DNA of 64,000 nt from Octopus vulgaris (GCA_951406725.2 OX597818.1:20584001-20648000); one strand, 5' to 3'. Positions 40,786-54,497 are shown, counted from the first letter of the stretch. A program made the numbers and translations. The notes: generated by a model not told the origin, from the sequence alone.

Positions 40786-41078
40786 AAACAATTGCAGCGT
40801 GGGAGGTGTTTATAAGCCATTTAAGAAACACACAAAAGCCGTTCGATTCACTCCAACATTTAAGTTTAATTTGTCAAAATATTTTCGTCGCTAAAATCCG
40901 CGACCTGTTCACTGACAAAGTCCGTGCTGAGATGCAGCACGGACTTTGTCAGTGAACAGGTCGCGGATTTTAGCGACGAAAATATTTTGACAAATTAAAC
41001 TTAAATGTTGGAGTGAATCGAACGGCTTTTGTGTGTTTCTTAAATGGCTTATAAACACCTCCCACGCTGCAATTGTTT
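40786..41078. repeat. Palindrome with 144-bp arms (40786-40929 and 40935-41078) and a 5-nt spacer; Penelope-like foldback
   Basis: Arms read as exact reverse complements; flanked by (TA)n. Confidence 0.93.
40945..40994 (+). ncRNA. Minimal type I hammerhead, G3-C8 core variant (mirror copy at 40870-40919 on the minus strand)
   Basis: TTTGTCA GTGAACA G GTCGC-GGATTTTA-GCGAC GAAA ATAT TT TGACAAA: 7-bp stem I, 5-bp stem II and palindromic stem III. Confidence 0.75.
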
Positions 41079-41539
41079 ATATATATATACATATACATAT
41101 ATATATTTGTATATATATATATATGAGGCATATATATATTTATATGCATATATATAAAAGACTACGACCATGCTGGAGCACCGCCTTGAAGGATTGTAGT
41201 CGAGCATATCGACCCTAGTTCAAATGTGTGTGTGTGGTTGAGTGCATGTATGCATGTATATATATGCAGGAATGTATATGCGTATCTATGTGTGTACGTA
41301 TGTATGTATGTATGTATGTATTTATGTTTGTATGTATGTATGTATGTATGTATGTATGTATGTATGTATGTATGTATGTATGGATATAGATTGCTAGATT
41401 GATTAAACATAATTGTGAAGCACCAGAGAGAGAAAAAAATATTCAATAGAAAATCAGACGAAGACAAGAGAGAAGCAGAAAAGGCAGACGAGCGTGAGAG
41501 AAAGACAGAGTGAGAAATTGAAAGAGAGGCTGAAGCGGG

Positions 41540-41700
41540 GATATCCTTTGAAGTTTCGCCGCTCATAATTCTTTCTGGTAGCATAAAAATGAAACGAGGG
41601 GCGGAGCAAGTAGAGCTTTGATTGACGTTCGTCGGGCTTTAGCCCCGCCCACTACTGTCTTATGTAAAACATGAGCGTTGAACAGCCCATATAAAGATAA
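41540..41700. promoter_or_regulatory. Candidate promoter or enhancer motif cluster
   Basis: GC boxes at 41598-41606 and 41643-41650, CTTTGA(A/T) twice, TGACGT at 41623, TTATGTAA at 41660 and TATAAA at 41690, all in unique CpG-richer DNA. Confidence 0.3.
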
Positions 41701-42099
41701 GCGTTGTAGGAACAGATAAACAGTAGGGGTGGGGGTAAAGAAGGCAAGAAAGAGAAAGACAAAGAGAGGGACGGAGAGGGAAAGAGATGGGAGAGAGAGT
41801 AAGAAAGAGTGCGAAAGAAACAACCAGAAAAGGGGGAGAACGGAAATCATACAAAGTATCAGTGTAGTAAGAGTAGCGGTAGCAGTAATTGCTGTAATGG
41901 TAGTGGTTTTGATAATGCTGATGATGATGATACTGATGCTGATGGTTGCCTTGCTGGTTGTAGAGTAATATATATCTTTCTTTTCTTTCCTCTTCTTTTC
42001 TTTTCATTCATGAATTGCACGGGAAAGTTACTGACGGACAGTCAGATAGACAAACATATTTATATCTATATATCTATCAACGATCGCGCGCATGCATTC

Positions 42100-42136
<37 letters not shown>

Positions 42137-42368
42137 GCACGTACGGTGGGAGGGAGAGAGCGAGCATGAGATTTGTTCGTGTGTATTGTGTGCGTGTGTG
42201 TGTGTGTATGTATGTGTGTGTGTGTGTGTGTGTGTGTGCGTGCGTGCGTGTGTCTGTCTGTCCGTCTATTTTTGAATATATATGACTAGGATGCAAATAT
42301 GGCCAAGTGAAGAAGTTCAGTTCACAATTACATGATCCCGTTTTCGATCCCAAAGCATTGCTTCTTGA

Positions 42369-42400
<32 letters not shown>

Positions 42401-42404
<4 letters not shown>

Positions 42405-42561
42405 TCCATTCTAGCAAAAACTGTCTGATGAACGGCAACGAGAAACTCAGAGTAACATATTTTGTTGAATTTTCTGCTGCTTTGAATAAAGCATATTACT
42501 CTACCACTGGTATTTGAGTACTCTTTTTTTCCACCTTGTTTCACATTTATGTGTTTACTCC

Positions 42562-42563
<2 letters not shown>
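42401..42563 (+). mobile_element. Penelope-like pLTR fragment between two (TA)n arrays
   Basis: Hammerhead followed by AATAAA and a TACTC...GAGTA hairpin. Confidence 0.7.
42421..42458 (+). ncRNA. Type I hammerhead with canonical CUGAUGA core and decayed stems
   Basis: CTGT CTGATGA ACG-GCAA-CGA GAAA CTC-A-GAG TA ACAT. Confidence 0.7.
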
Positions 42564-42626
<63 letters not shown>

Positions 42627-42631
42627 TGCGG

Positions 42632-42831
42632 TTAACAAAGCTACCAATGGTTTCATGATAATAAGTCTTTACAATTGTTCAAGTGTACCACTTGGAGACG
42701 TTGGCACTCGTCTCCATTTTAGATAAGAATACTTTTGGATGACAATATTCTCATTCAAATTGGAGATGAGTACCAGCGTTCCGATGTGGTATGCCTAAAC
42801 AATTGTAGATGAAACCGTTGGTAGCCTTGCT
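42632..42831. repeat. Old imperfect foldback (MITE-like)
   Basis: Arms of about 75 bp differing mostly by transitions. Confidence 0.7.
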
Positions 42832-42866
42832 CATAAAAAAATATAAAGAATATGTATGTATGTATG

Positions 42867-42965
<99 letters not shown>

Positions 42966-43204
42966 GGAGAAGGTATTGTCGACGTCATAAGCATTTAAGA
43001 AACTCTCGAGAGAACGTAAAATAATTCTTTTGGGAGAACAGCGGATCTTGAAGCTCATAAAACTATAAATAATAACATGTAAATATTGGGGTGAAGAACC
43101 ATTTAACGCAGAAAAGGCCAACGAACGGCTTTGATACACACACACACACACACACACATACACAGAGGCATGCACGCACAAATATCGTATACATACATAC
43201 ACAT

Positions 43205-43280
<76 letters not shown>

Positions 43281-43299
43281 TCAATAAATATTTATAAAG

Positions 43300-43698
43300 T
43301 GGAGTGGAAGGATGTGTTGAAGGTTGAAAGGGAAAGGGGAAAATTAATAAGTACGTAAAGGTGGTGGTAATGTTGGAAGTAGAAGGAAGGGCGGTGAGGG
43401 ATGCGAGAAAATATGGAGACATACGTTGGCACAGATGAGAAGGCGGAGACGAGAGTGGCGGAAGAAGCGAGAAGAATAGGGGAAAGTGAGATAAAGTGGG
43501 GGGTCGCGTGAGTAGAAGTAAGAGGTAGAAGAGGGATGATAGAGAGAAAGAGAATAGAGAATGGAGGAAGACAGCAGAGAGCGTAACGTCATAGAGAAAA
43601 CGTGTTTGAAGTGAAAGTGGTGGTGATGATGGTGGTGATGGGAGAATGTAAGGGAAAGGAGATGGAAGAAAGAAACGAAGAGAAAGAAGGAAAGAACA

Positions 43699-43742
<44 letters not shown>

Positions 43743-44160
43743 ACAAACGGAAGTTGGAGAAATGAAGGCTGTGATAACGGGATGTGGAAAAAAAAGGAGG
43801 AGGGCATGTAAGAAATAAGGAAGACGTAGATGAAGAGCAAGCGGAGGTAGAAGAAAAAAAGGAAGGGTAATAGGAAGAGATAGAGAAGTGAGAAAGAAAT
43901 AATGTGAACGAGGGAGATATACGTATGTATGTATGTATGCATAAGGGGGGGGGGGAGCCGAGTAACGGCGGAATTGGTCGAAGATAATAAAAATATTGAA
44001 TTAGAAAGCCAGGGATGAGGATTGATAGATATAGAGGGATGCATATTAAAGGAAGAAAAAGGGATTGAGAAATAGATGAAGAATGACTATGAGTATGGGA
44101 GAATAAGAGAGAGAGAGGGGGGAGGGAGAGAGAGGGGGGAGAGAGAGAGAGAGTAAATTG
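43300..44160 (+). repeat. Purine-rich low-complexity tract with (GAAA)n
   Basis: Direct reading. Confidence 0.85.
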
Positions 44161-44283
44161 GTAGAAAGAGACTGCGCATTTTCTTGTTTCTGCGAGAGAA
44201 AGGAAGCCCGAAAGATTGATACCCACACGTATACATACACACGTATACATGCATATACATATATACATGCCTTCATACATACA

Positions 44284-44315
<32 letters not shown>

Positions 44316-44859
44316 CATACATGCAGAAAAATAGAACTGAAAACATGAGTATAGCAGAAGTTACTGACTGGCTCAAGGTCCGAGACTTTCGCTCATTTGA
44401 TAAGTGCCAATGGATGAAACTTTCGACTCATAAGTCACACTATAACTTCTAACGATTATACACACACTAGCGTACACACACACACGCGCGCGCGCGCGCA
44501 CAGAGTCGTGTGTGTGTCGTTATGCGAGTGTGTGTGTGTGTACATGTATGTGACTGAAAAAAATGCATATGTTTATGTGCTTCCAAATATGAGACTGCGC
44601 ATTTGTGAATGCGTATGGCAGTTTGTGCACGCGCGTGTGTGCGTGTGGTTGTGGGTACTCGCACTATCTTGGTACCTTCCTGACTATCTTGGAGACGTTT
44701 AGTTAGCAACTTTTTATTATTTAATTTCATATTTTTTACAAACGAACTTACGTACCTTTATATACATACATACATACACACACACACATACATATATATA
44801 TTGGTTTTGAGAAGCCTAATTTCTCAAGATTGGTATTTAGACAGTGTGTTACATATCTA

Positions 44860-45125
44860 TATATTAATCAGAATAAAAACATGATTCAAAGGATTTAGCG
44901 GTACATATGTTTCGGGCCTTTATTAGACGGTTTTATAACAATGCATAATTGATGTAAATGTGTGTCTATGTCCTTCTGTCCTTGAAGTAGTCATTGTACG
45001 CGGCTGAAGAAGGCCATAGACACATATTTACATCAATTATGCATTGTTATAAAACCGTCTAATAAAGGCCCGAAACATATGTACCGCTAAATCCTTTGAA
45101 TCATGTTTTTATTCTGATTAATATA
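44860..45125. repeat. Foldback with arms of about 118 bp (44860-44977 and 45008-45125); Penelope-like
   Basis: Near-exact inverted arms with a 30-nt spacer. Confidence 0.9.
45000..45087 (+). ncRNA. Type I hammerhead with canonical CUGAAGA core and a long loop II
   Basis: GCGG CTGAAGA AGGCC-(about 50 nt)-GGCCC GAAA CATATG TA CCGC. Confidence 0.75.
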
Positions 45126-45189
45126 CTCTATCACCTTCACCACTAAATGGTATATACAGGTGCTTACAATTATCAAGTATTCACCCTGA

Positions 45190-45258
<69 letters not shown>

Positions 45259-45669
45259 CACACACACACAAATATATATATATATATATATATTGCACAC
45301 ATTTATCTACATATGCGTGTGTGTGTGTGTGTGTGTGTATATACACGTATACATAGACACATGCTTATTTGTTACACCAAGTCACATCCTGGGTTCAAAT
45401 CCTGGCGGTGATAACTTCGACTTTGGTCTTGTATGAGTTAATAAATCCCAAAAAGCACCTGTCCACTCGTGCTAAGTCTGAATAAATCGACTGCAGGCGG
45501 AGCTCAAGCATTATCACACTTCAACAACTGAAATATAGAGAAGAAAAAGTATATTATACCCATGTGTTTGTATGTATGTATGTATGTATGTATGTATGTA
45601 TGTATGTATGTATGTATGTATGTATGTATGTATGTATGTATGTATGTATGTATGTATGTATGTATGTAT

Positions 45670-45988
45670 ACGTGCAGATTTGTATGTTTTGTTTTATGTA
45701 TGTCTTCTCATGCATATACTTGCATATCTAGACATGCTCATATATACTTAAATGATAAACTTCCGGAAAGTTTTACAGATTTTTACTGTTCCAGTGATGG
45801 ATTGGATCTGTAGTCTTCGAATCAGCTTTCTCCTTTCTGGTTTTGAGAAGCCTAATTTCTCAAGATTGGTATTTGGACAGTGTGTTATATCGTTGGGTCA
45901 CAATAATTACAGGTATAAACCTGAACTAATCTTAATTGAGTAATTGCAGATTTCTCCATAGTTCAGCGTAGATGTTCTCTTTTTCACA
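45670..45988 (-). mobile_element. 3' end of RLE-type LINE, ending in (CATA)n
   Basis: Reverse complement of about 21640-21970. Confidence 0.85.
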
Positions 45989-46116
45989 GCCCTGGGTTCA
46001 AATCCTGGCGGTGATAACTTCGACTTTGGTTTTGCGTGGATTAATAAACTTCAAAAAGTACCTGTCTAATGGTGCTAAGTCTGACGCGTGCGTGCGTCTG
46101 TGTATGTATGTATGTA

Positions 46117-46164
<48 letters not shown>

Positions 46165-46594
46165 TTTGCTTGCATATACATATGTAAATATATGCATTTT
46201 CACATACGTACACACATATATCTGTGTCTATGAGATCGTCTATATAGCATATCACACCTTAGCTTCTGAAAAATAAAAGGAAGTATACTCTGGATGATCT
46301 GGATGTAAAGTACCCGAGGAAAAGAAAAGTGTGATGACCACTGTTTGGAATGCCTTTCATCTTTGGTCTATGGTCAGCTCGACCAGAGCTGATCTGAGGC
46401 TAAATGTGTGCAGGTGTGTGTGTGTGAGTGGACCAAGAGCAACAAACCGATTCACGTTTAATGTGAAGCTTGTATCTTCAAAGAAGGAGGAAATGTGAAG
46501 TATTGATTGCTAAGTGAAAACACAAACTGAGTAACTTTTTTTCGTTTTTTTTTCCGTCTAGATATAAACAAGCAAATACACATATAAATATGCG

Positions 46595-46626
<32 letters not shown>

Positions 46627-47047
46627 TGAATCTCAGTTTTTTACGCGCTAAACCACTGGTGTTAAATTGATGTTATTAAATTAATATCCAATTTTTTCAC
46701 CCTCATTTTGATTTTAATTCTATATATATATATATACACGCACAGACACAACTTCATATAAATATACACACATGTTCATGTAGAAACACAAATACCACAC
46801 ACAAAACATATGTCTACATATATGCACACACACACACACATACATACATACATATATCTATATATATACTGGTGGTGCCCCAATATGACCACAGCCTTAG
46901 GACCGAAACATATACGTATATTATGTGTGCGTGTGTGTGTTATGATAAATATAGACATGCATACCCACGTTTTTGTACGTGTAAATCATCCGTGCTCACA
47001 TATGTAACATGTACACTTAAACACACTGTCTAATCCCCTCTATTACA

Positions 47048-47402
47048 GGCACAAGGCCTATAGTCGATTACATCAACCTAAGTATTCAACTGGTAATTAA
47101 TTTATCGACCCCGAAAGGTTGAAAGGTAATTTCAACCTCGGCGGAATTTGAACTCAGAATGTAGCGACGGGCGAAATACCTATTTCTTTACTACCCACAA
47201 GGGGCTAAACACAGCGAGGACAAACAAGGACAGATTAAGTCGATTATATCGACCCAGTACGTAACTGATACTTATTTAATCGACCTCTAAAGGATGAAAG
47301 GCAAAGTCGACCTCGGTGGAATTTGAACTCAGAACGTAACGGCAGACGAAATACTGGTAAGCATTTCGTCCGGCGTGCTAACGATTCTGCCAGCTCGCCG
47401 CC

Positions 47403-47403
<1 letters not shown>
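47048..47403 (-). mobile_element. SINE family B, tandem pair
   Basis: Two consecutive cores. Confidence 0.85.
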
Positions 47404-47452
<49 letters not shown>

Positions 47453-48015
47453 TATAATAAGGCTACAACATACACATTTTTGTGAGCTTTAGTGAACAAT
47501 CATATCACCACGACCATCACCACATAACAACAACATTAACACTGACACTACTAACAACCCTTGTCCTCAGTATATGGCTGGTATTCGGTACTTTAAGGTA
47601 CGGTATCATAGAAGTTGATAGAATGATTAATAGCAGACATGTTTTCTAGGTGAATGAAACTCGGAGTGTGACCAGGCATGATTAAATATCGCAACGACTT
47701 CTGCCTAGTGTTCCGTTGATTCAGCGACTCAACTGCAACCTTTAATAAGAATAAAGTATAAGGATAATGAAAATAATAACAGCAACAACAAATAGAAATA
47801 AATAATGATACAAGCTAGCATCAGTAGCATTAATTATATATGATTATATAAATAATTAATGTATGATGTTAATTTCTAAACACACATGACCATAGTATAG
47901 AGACTGAAAGGGGTGTACTGTTCAAGTTGATCGACCTCAGTATGTAACTTGTTCTAATAATAATTATAATAATAATAATTATTATTATTATTCTTATGGT
48001 TTTTGCTATTATACA

Positions 48016-48350
48016 GAAGCGGCGAGCTGGCAGAATCGTTAGAGCGTCGGACAAAATGGCGAAGTTGTGAGTTCAAATTCCGGCCAGGTCGACTTTGCCT
48101 TGCATTCTTTCGGAGACGATAAAATTAAGTACTAATATTCTTCCACACTCCACTACTTTTTAGACTTTGTACCTACTACAGTAGAAAGAGTTATGAATAA
48201 TGAAGGCGGCAAGCTGGCAGAATGGTAAGGGCGTCGAACAAAATTTTTCTAGCTCTTTATGTTCTGAGTTTAAATCCTGCCGAAGTTACCTTTAACTTTG
48301 CTTTTCATCCTTTCGAAGTCGATAAAATAGAATACCAGCCAAGTACTGGA
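48016..48350 (+). mobile_element. Two SINE family B copies
   Basis: Two heads and cores. Confidence 0.8.
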
Positions 48351-48364
48351 TCATTGGTATAAAC

Positions 48365-48641
48365 CTGGCCTGGCCAACTTGAATTACATTGCGGGCCACT
48401 TTAATCACAGAAAGTTTTTTCAGGGCCGCTTGTATACTGACATAACTGAAAGCATTTTGCTTTCTTACGAAATATTATCGTTTCAAAAACATTATTATCT
48501 TTCTTTCTTACTTTTCCTTAGACTCTTTAATTTTTGATAAAAATTTTTTAAATGTTTGTTTAAATAAATCCTTCCAGAAAGTATCTAGCGGACTGCAAGA
48601 TAAAAACCTGAGGGCCGCGGGCCTCAGGTTGGCCAGCCCTG
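48365..48641. mobile_element. hAT-like MITE
   Basis: Termini CTGGCCTGGCCAAC and GTTGGCCAGCCCTG, GGGCCGC subterminal repeats, and degenerate flanks GTATAAAC/GTGTAAAT. Confidence 0.7.
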
Positions 48642-48936
48642 GTGTAAATGATCCATATTTCTCTCAAAATTACTGACCTTGTGTCTAAATAAATAATTAT
48701 TATTATTGTTATTAAAATGGCGATGGATTGGCGAAATTAAACAATATTTGTTCTGGTGCTTACGGTGTGAATTTCAAATCCCACAGGGCTCATTTTGTCT
48801 TTCATCGCTCTGGTATCGTTAAAACCCCTCATAAAAAATATATATATATATATATAACTAACATTATTATTAATGACAATAATTTTTACAAAACGTAAAC
48901 AAGAAAAGAAACCTATAAAAGAAAATAAAACTTCAT

Positions 48937-49010
<74 letters not shown>

Positions 49011-49129
49011 GCATGCAGAAGCACACACACACACTCGAAAGATTGGCGGTGGGAACAAGGTGTTTTGAAATTAAATTAACAATTGTTGAAAGATTATCAA
49101 CGATTCTTTACAGTGTTACAAAGCCAGAT

Positions 49130-49870
49130 ATATGTGGGGAAGTGGGGGGGGGGGGCAATCGATTATATCTATCGATTCCGCAACTTGGATTGGCACTTAA
49201 TTTTATCAACCTCACAAGAGTGAAAGGCAAAGTTGATTGCAAAGGCCGGAACAAATAACGATACACGAATACTATTATAGTAATAATTATTTCAAATTTA
49301 GCCACAAGGGCAGTAGGATCGAGAGATGGAGATAAGTCGATATCATCGACCCCAGTATGCAACTGGTACTTATTCCATCGACCCTGAAAGAATGAAGGGC
49401 AAAGTCGACCGCGGTGGAATTTGAACTCAGAACGTAAAGACAGATGAAAATACCGCTAAATATTTTGCTCGGCAGAGGCGTTAAGTCGATTACCTCGACC
49501 CCAGTGTTCAACTGGTACTTATTTAATCGACCTCGAAGGAATGAAAGCGCCGCCTTAATAATGATAATGATAATTACTAGTTTGGTATAGCACAAGGCAA
49601 TAAATTTGGGGAAAAGATCAAAGAAATTCACGGTCTTTAATTTAGGCACAAGACAGCAATTTTTCAAAGAAGGGCATTAGTCGGTGCCATCAATGCCAGT
49701 TCTTCACTGGTCTTAGATATTATCGATCCTGAACAGATCAAAGGGTCAATAAAGTAAATGAAGTAAATGTTAATAACCTCGACGGGATTTGAACTTAGAA
49801 CGTTCAAGAGCCGGAACATATACTGCAAAGCATATTTTCTGGACACTCTGACGATTCTCCCAAATCGCCT
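49130..49870 (-). mobile_element. Cluster of SINE family B fragments
   Basis: Four or more repeated cores. Confidence 0.75.
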
Positions 49871-50183
49871 CCCAAATTAGTAACGATAATGATAATAAAA
49901 TGATTGTTATAAATATGTCGATAATGATTTAATTACCTCAGAAGCAACACAAAATATCATTTAAATACGTTTTGATACTTAGCGAATACAAATACCGTGT
50001 AACATACACAACAAATACATACTCACTCACACGTACACACACACACATACACATAACACACAACAGCTATACACACACACACATGTAAATACATGGATAA
50101 ATGTGGATATATTATACTTCAAAGTTAATAAAAGCGTGTAAATGCAAAATGCGAAGAAACATAAATAATACCCTTAGACAAGT

Positions 50184-50243
<60 letters not shown>

Positions 50244-50436
50244 TACACGTACATACGTACATGCATACATACATGCATGCGTACATACGTGCATACATAC
50301 AAACGTGTGTGTGTATGGGCATGTGTGTAAAAGAAGATAAACTAAATGCATTACACGCAACGTAAATAATAACAAAAACACAAGTACAACAACAATAAAA
50401 TAATAATAACATCAACAAATAATAATAATAACAATA

Positions 50437-50504
<68 letters not shown>

Positions 50505-50587
50505 GCAATAACTCTTTTAGCCAGAAGGGCAACATAAATGCAAGAAACATTAATACAAATTATAGAGACAAAACCTCGAAGATGCAC

Positions 50588-50652
<65 letters not shown>

Positions 50653-51357
50653 TGTGTTTCCGAATGTCTGTAACCATCGAACAACCTGTACCTTTAAAAC
50701 AAACGGCAAACGAACTGTTTTTCCGCTTTTTAAATGTCTCCCTGTGTTGTTGATGTGCCTGCGTAACTAAAAAGTTAAGCGCTCTGCCGATAACACAGCA
50801 CCAGCAGATGTAGCAGCAGCAGCAGGGGCAGCAGATGTAGCAGCAGCAGCAGCAGCAGCAGCGACAGAAGCCGTAATAATAGGGGTGGTAGTGGCGGCGG
50901 CGGCGGGGGTGGCGGCCATTACGCTACGATTTTGTTGTTGTTGCAGTTGTCTGATATTAAAGTGATGATGGAGAGGAAGCGGCGTAGCTGCTACTGCTAT
51001 TGCTGCTGCTGCTGGTTATAGTAGTAGTAGTGGTAGTAGTAGTGGTGGAGGTGGTGGGGGTGGCGGTTGTAGTGTTTACTTGTGGTAGCCGAGTGGAGAG
51101 GCCGGTTTGTTAACAAGGAAGGGTGATGTTTACCCCAGTTCAGCGGACGGCAGCTGGCTGTACCAGCCGGATTAGCAACCCTTACGACATGACATTCGCA
51201 GTTACAATACAAGCAGGTAAGTTTATATGTATGTATGTATGCATGTACGTATGTATGTATGTATGTATGTATGTATGTATGTATGTATGTATGTATGTAT
51301 GTATGTATGTATGTATGTATGTATGTATGTATGTATGTATGTATGTATGTATGTATG

Positions 51358-51409
<52 letters not shown>

Positions 51410-51620
51410 CATAGGCATGGTGTGTATATATACATATATGAATATGATTATGTATATATATATATGTATATTGTGTATATGTGTGTGTGTGTGATGTGCA
51501 TACGTATACATACATGCCATACACATTCAAAAACACAGTGGCATACGCATAATAAATGTAAACATAAATACGTCCATGCCTTTATACACATAACTGTGTA
51601 TACACACAAGTTTGTACGCA

Positions 51621-51658
<38 letters not shown>

Positions 51659-51667
51659 CATACATAC

Positions 51668-51699
<32 letters not shown>

Positions 51700-52124
51700 A
51701 TGTATTTGTATGCACACATACATATATATATACATGTGTATAATTATACATACCCAGATATGTATATAGTATACAAACATAATACTATATGCATGTAATA
51801 TATATAAACATAAACCTACATATTCAATTATAACTATTTAATATATTTTATTCACACATCCTTTCCCATACACATAAGTATTATTATCAATACCATTTGA
51901 CTTATCGGTGGATATTAGTTAGTACCCGACCATAATTACGTTACAAACTAATAGTATATTTATAATTCGTAATGTTTCTTCGCCGAAAGCCGTATACTTT
52001 AGATTTGCTTGTTCAACATTCACAACATTCGGAAAATTTGTTCTTCATTCATTTATAGCCTGCTCCACAGCCACCGCTGCCGTGACCACCACCATAACTA
52101 AATATAAAAAAAACGGCCTTTCTT

Positions 52125-52239
<115 letters not shown>

Positions 52240-52603
52240 ACAAATTAATAAATAAAACATATGCATATATACATATATGTACGTACCTACATCTACATGT
52301 ATATATACATGCATATATGGGTACAGGGCACCCAAAAAGAAACGTCTTTGTTTCATTCTTTTTTTTAACTTTTTGTGGGGTGGTATCAACCAGATCAAAG
52401 TGGGAAAATATAGTGCGTGTGAGAGGGGAATCGCTGGCATTCAGAATCGTACGTATGTATATGTATGCGTATGAGCGTGTCTGTATGCGTATACATAAGT
52501 GTGTTTGCATGTGTGTGTTGTCGTTTGTTTATTATAATACGTGTTTGGCTTCTAAAAGCGTTATTCACGTAACGCAACGCACTCCTTATTGTTGACCCAT
52601 TCG

Positions 52604-52640
<37 letters not shown>

Positions 52641-52709
52641 TCACACACACATATATATACATACGAGTAGACAAACGAAAGAAGGGCACTCAACACATTT
52701 GTTTTGATC

Positions 52710-52773
<64 letters not shown>

Positions 52774-53124
52774 TGTGTGTGAAATCAAAATTTACGCAGG
52801 GGTTGATTTGATCGATTAAGCCCTTCAAGGCGATGCCCCAGCATGGCCGCAGTCCCAAAGACTGGATTCGAGTAAAAGATACAAGATGAAAGATACATGA
52901 GTGTTTGTATATACATGTGTACGAGCGAGCGTGTGTGTATGCCTTGGTAGATATGTAAAATATATCGAGGTGTATCTACATACGTATAAAGATGCATAAA
53001 TATCCGTAACTATTTATAAATCTATACAAATGGGAACATATATATATGGGTGTACGTGTACTTAGGTGTATGCGTGTGTTTACTGTGTGTGTATATATCT
53101 ACATGCATGTATGTATGTATATAT

Positions 53125-53270
53125 GTATTCCGTTGTAATAAAAACGATTTCACATTAAACTCAAAAATTACTCAATACTTTTTGTAGAGTACAAATTTAT
53201 TATTCTATAAACAGAATAGTAATGATAGTGACATCGAAGTTTCGGACAGCTAAACTGTCATCGGACTGTA
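53125..53270 (-). mobile_element. Penelope-like pLTR fragment with a degenerate hammerhead at 53227-53267
   Basis: AGT CCGATGA CAG-TTTAG-CTGTCC GAAA CTTCGATG TC ACT, then AATAAA and TACTCTAC...GTATTGAGTA as at 42485-42520. Confidence 0.6.
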
Positions 53271-53707
53271 GTAAACACACACACGTATGTATGTATGTAT
53301 GTATGTATGTATGTATGTATGTATGTATGTATGTATGTATGTATGTATGTATGTATGTATGTATATATGAAGGCATGTATATATGTATATGCATGTATGT
53401 ATTTATGTATGTATGTATGTATGTATGTATATACGTATGGGTGTGTGTATGTATATTTATCGATGTATAAGTATGTATGTATGTATGTATGTATGTATGT
53501 ATGCATGCATGCGTGTGTGTGTATTGAGAGTTTGTGTTAATGGTGTACGTATGTACAATTTCTGCAGTATTTACGTATAAACTCAGTCCCTTAAGTATAT
53601 TACAGTTTGTTCCATCAAAGTGTTCATACCACTCACACACACACGTAAATATGTATATATATCTATATATATATATATATATGTATATATCTATATACAT
53701 CTATCTA

Positions 53708-53827
<120 letters not shown>

Positions 53828-54454
53828 TCTTTTACTCTTTTGTCTAGTTATTGGATTACGGTCATGCTGGTGCAAAGCTTTGAAAGATTAGCCGATCAGA
53901 TCGATAAATGTCTGTGTGTGTGAGTGTATACGCGCGTGCTTTGTATCTACGTATTTATGTATGTATATACAATCTTCGGTTTTGAGAAGAACGGAGATAT
54001 TTTCGTTATTTAGCACCAAACTCAACCCCCGGTTGAGTAGACCAATGATCAAAGGAAAGCGTTCCAATCGTGACTACTTCGTCTTATAGTATATCTAATG
54101 TCCGTACTATTCAATGTATCTTCTATTTTTAATACGCTAAGATTTAGGGGGAGTTGTCTGATATATTTCTAAGCTGGACAAGCTTGTTGTGTTCTTCCTT
54201 CGGTATTTATTTTAATTTACATAGTTCAGTTTTTTTTTTAAGGGGATATGGTTGCCGTTTCTAGCAGTTCTACCAACTATGCATAGTTTCCGTAGTTGAC
54301 TACCGAATAGAGAAAGTTTTCTCATAGCTACATCCTTCAAACTCCATCACATGTGTGATGTTTATCTCTCTGTAGGACGTATTTTCGTAATTCAGCTGGT
54401 ATCGCATGTTTGTGCGTGTGTGCGCGTGTACATGTATATGGGATTTGCCTGTTT

Positions 54455-54497
<43 letters not shown>

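Noticed and set aside
43063-44376. 437-aa ORF, the longest in the window
   Set aside because: It is the antisense of a purine-rich low-complexity tract plus microsatellites.
49130-49870. CRISPR-like repeat-spacer array
   Set aside because: These are irregular, diverged SINE fragments in eukaryotic DNA with no cas genes.
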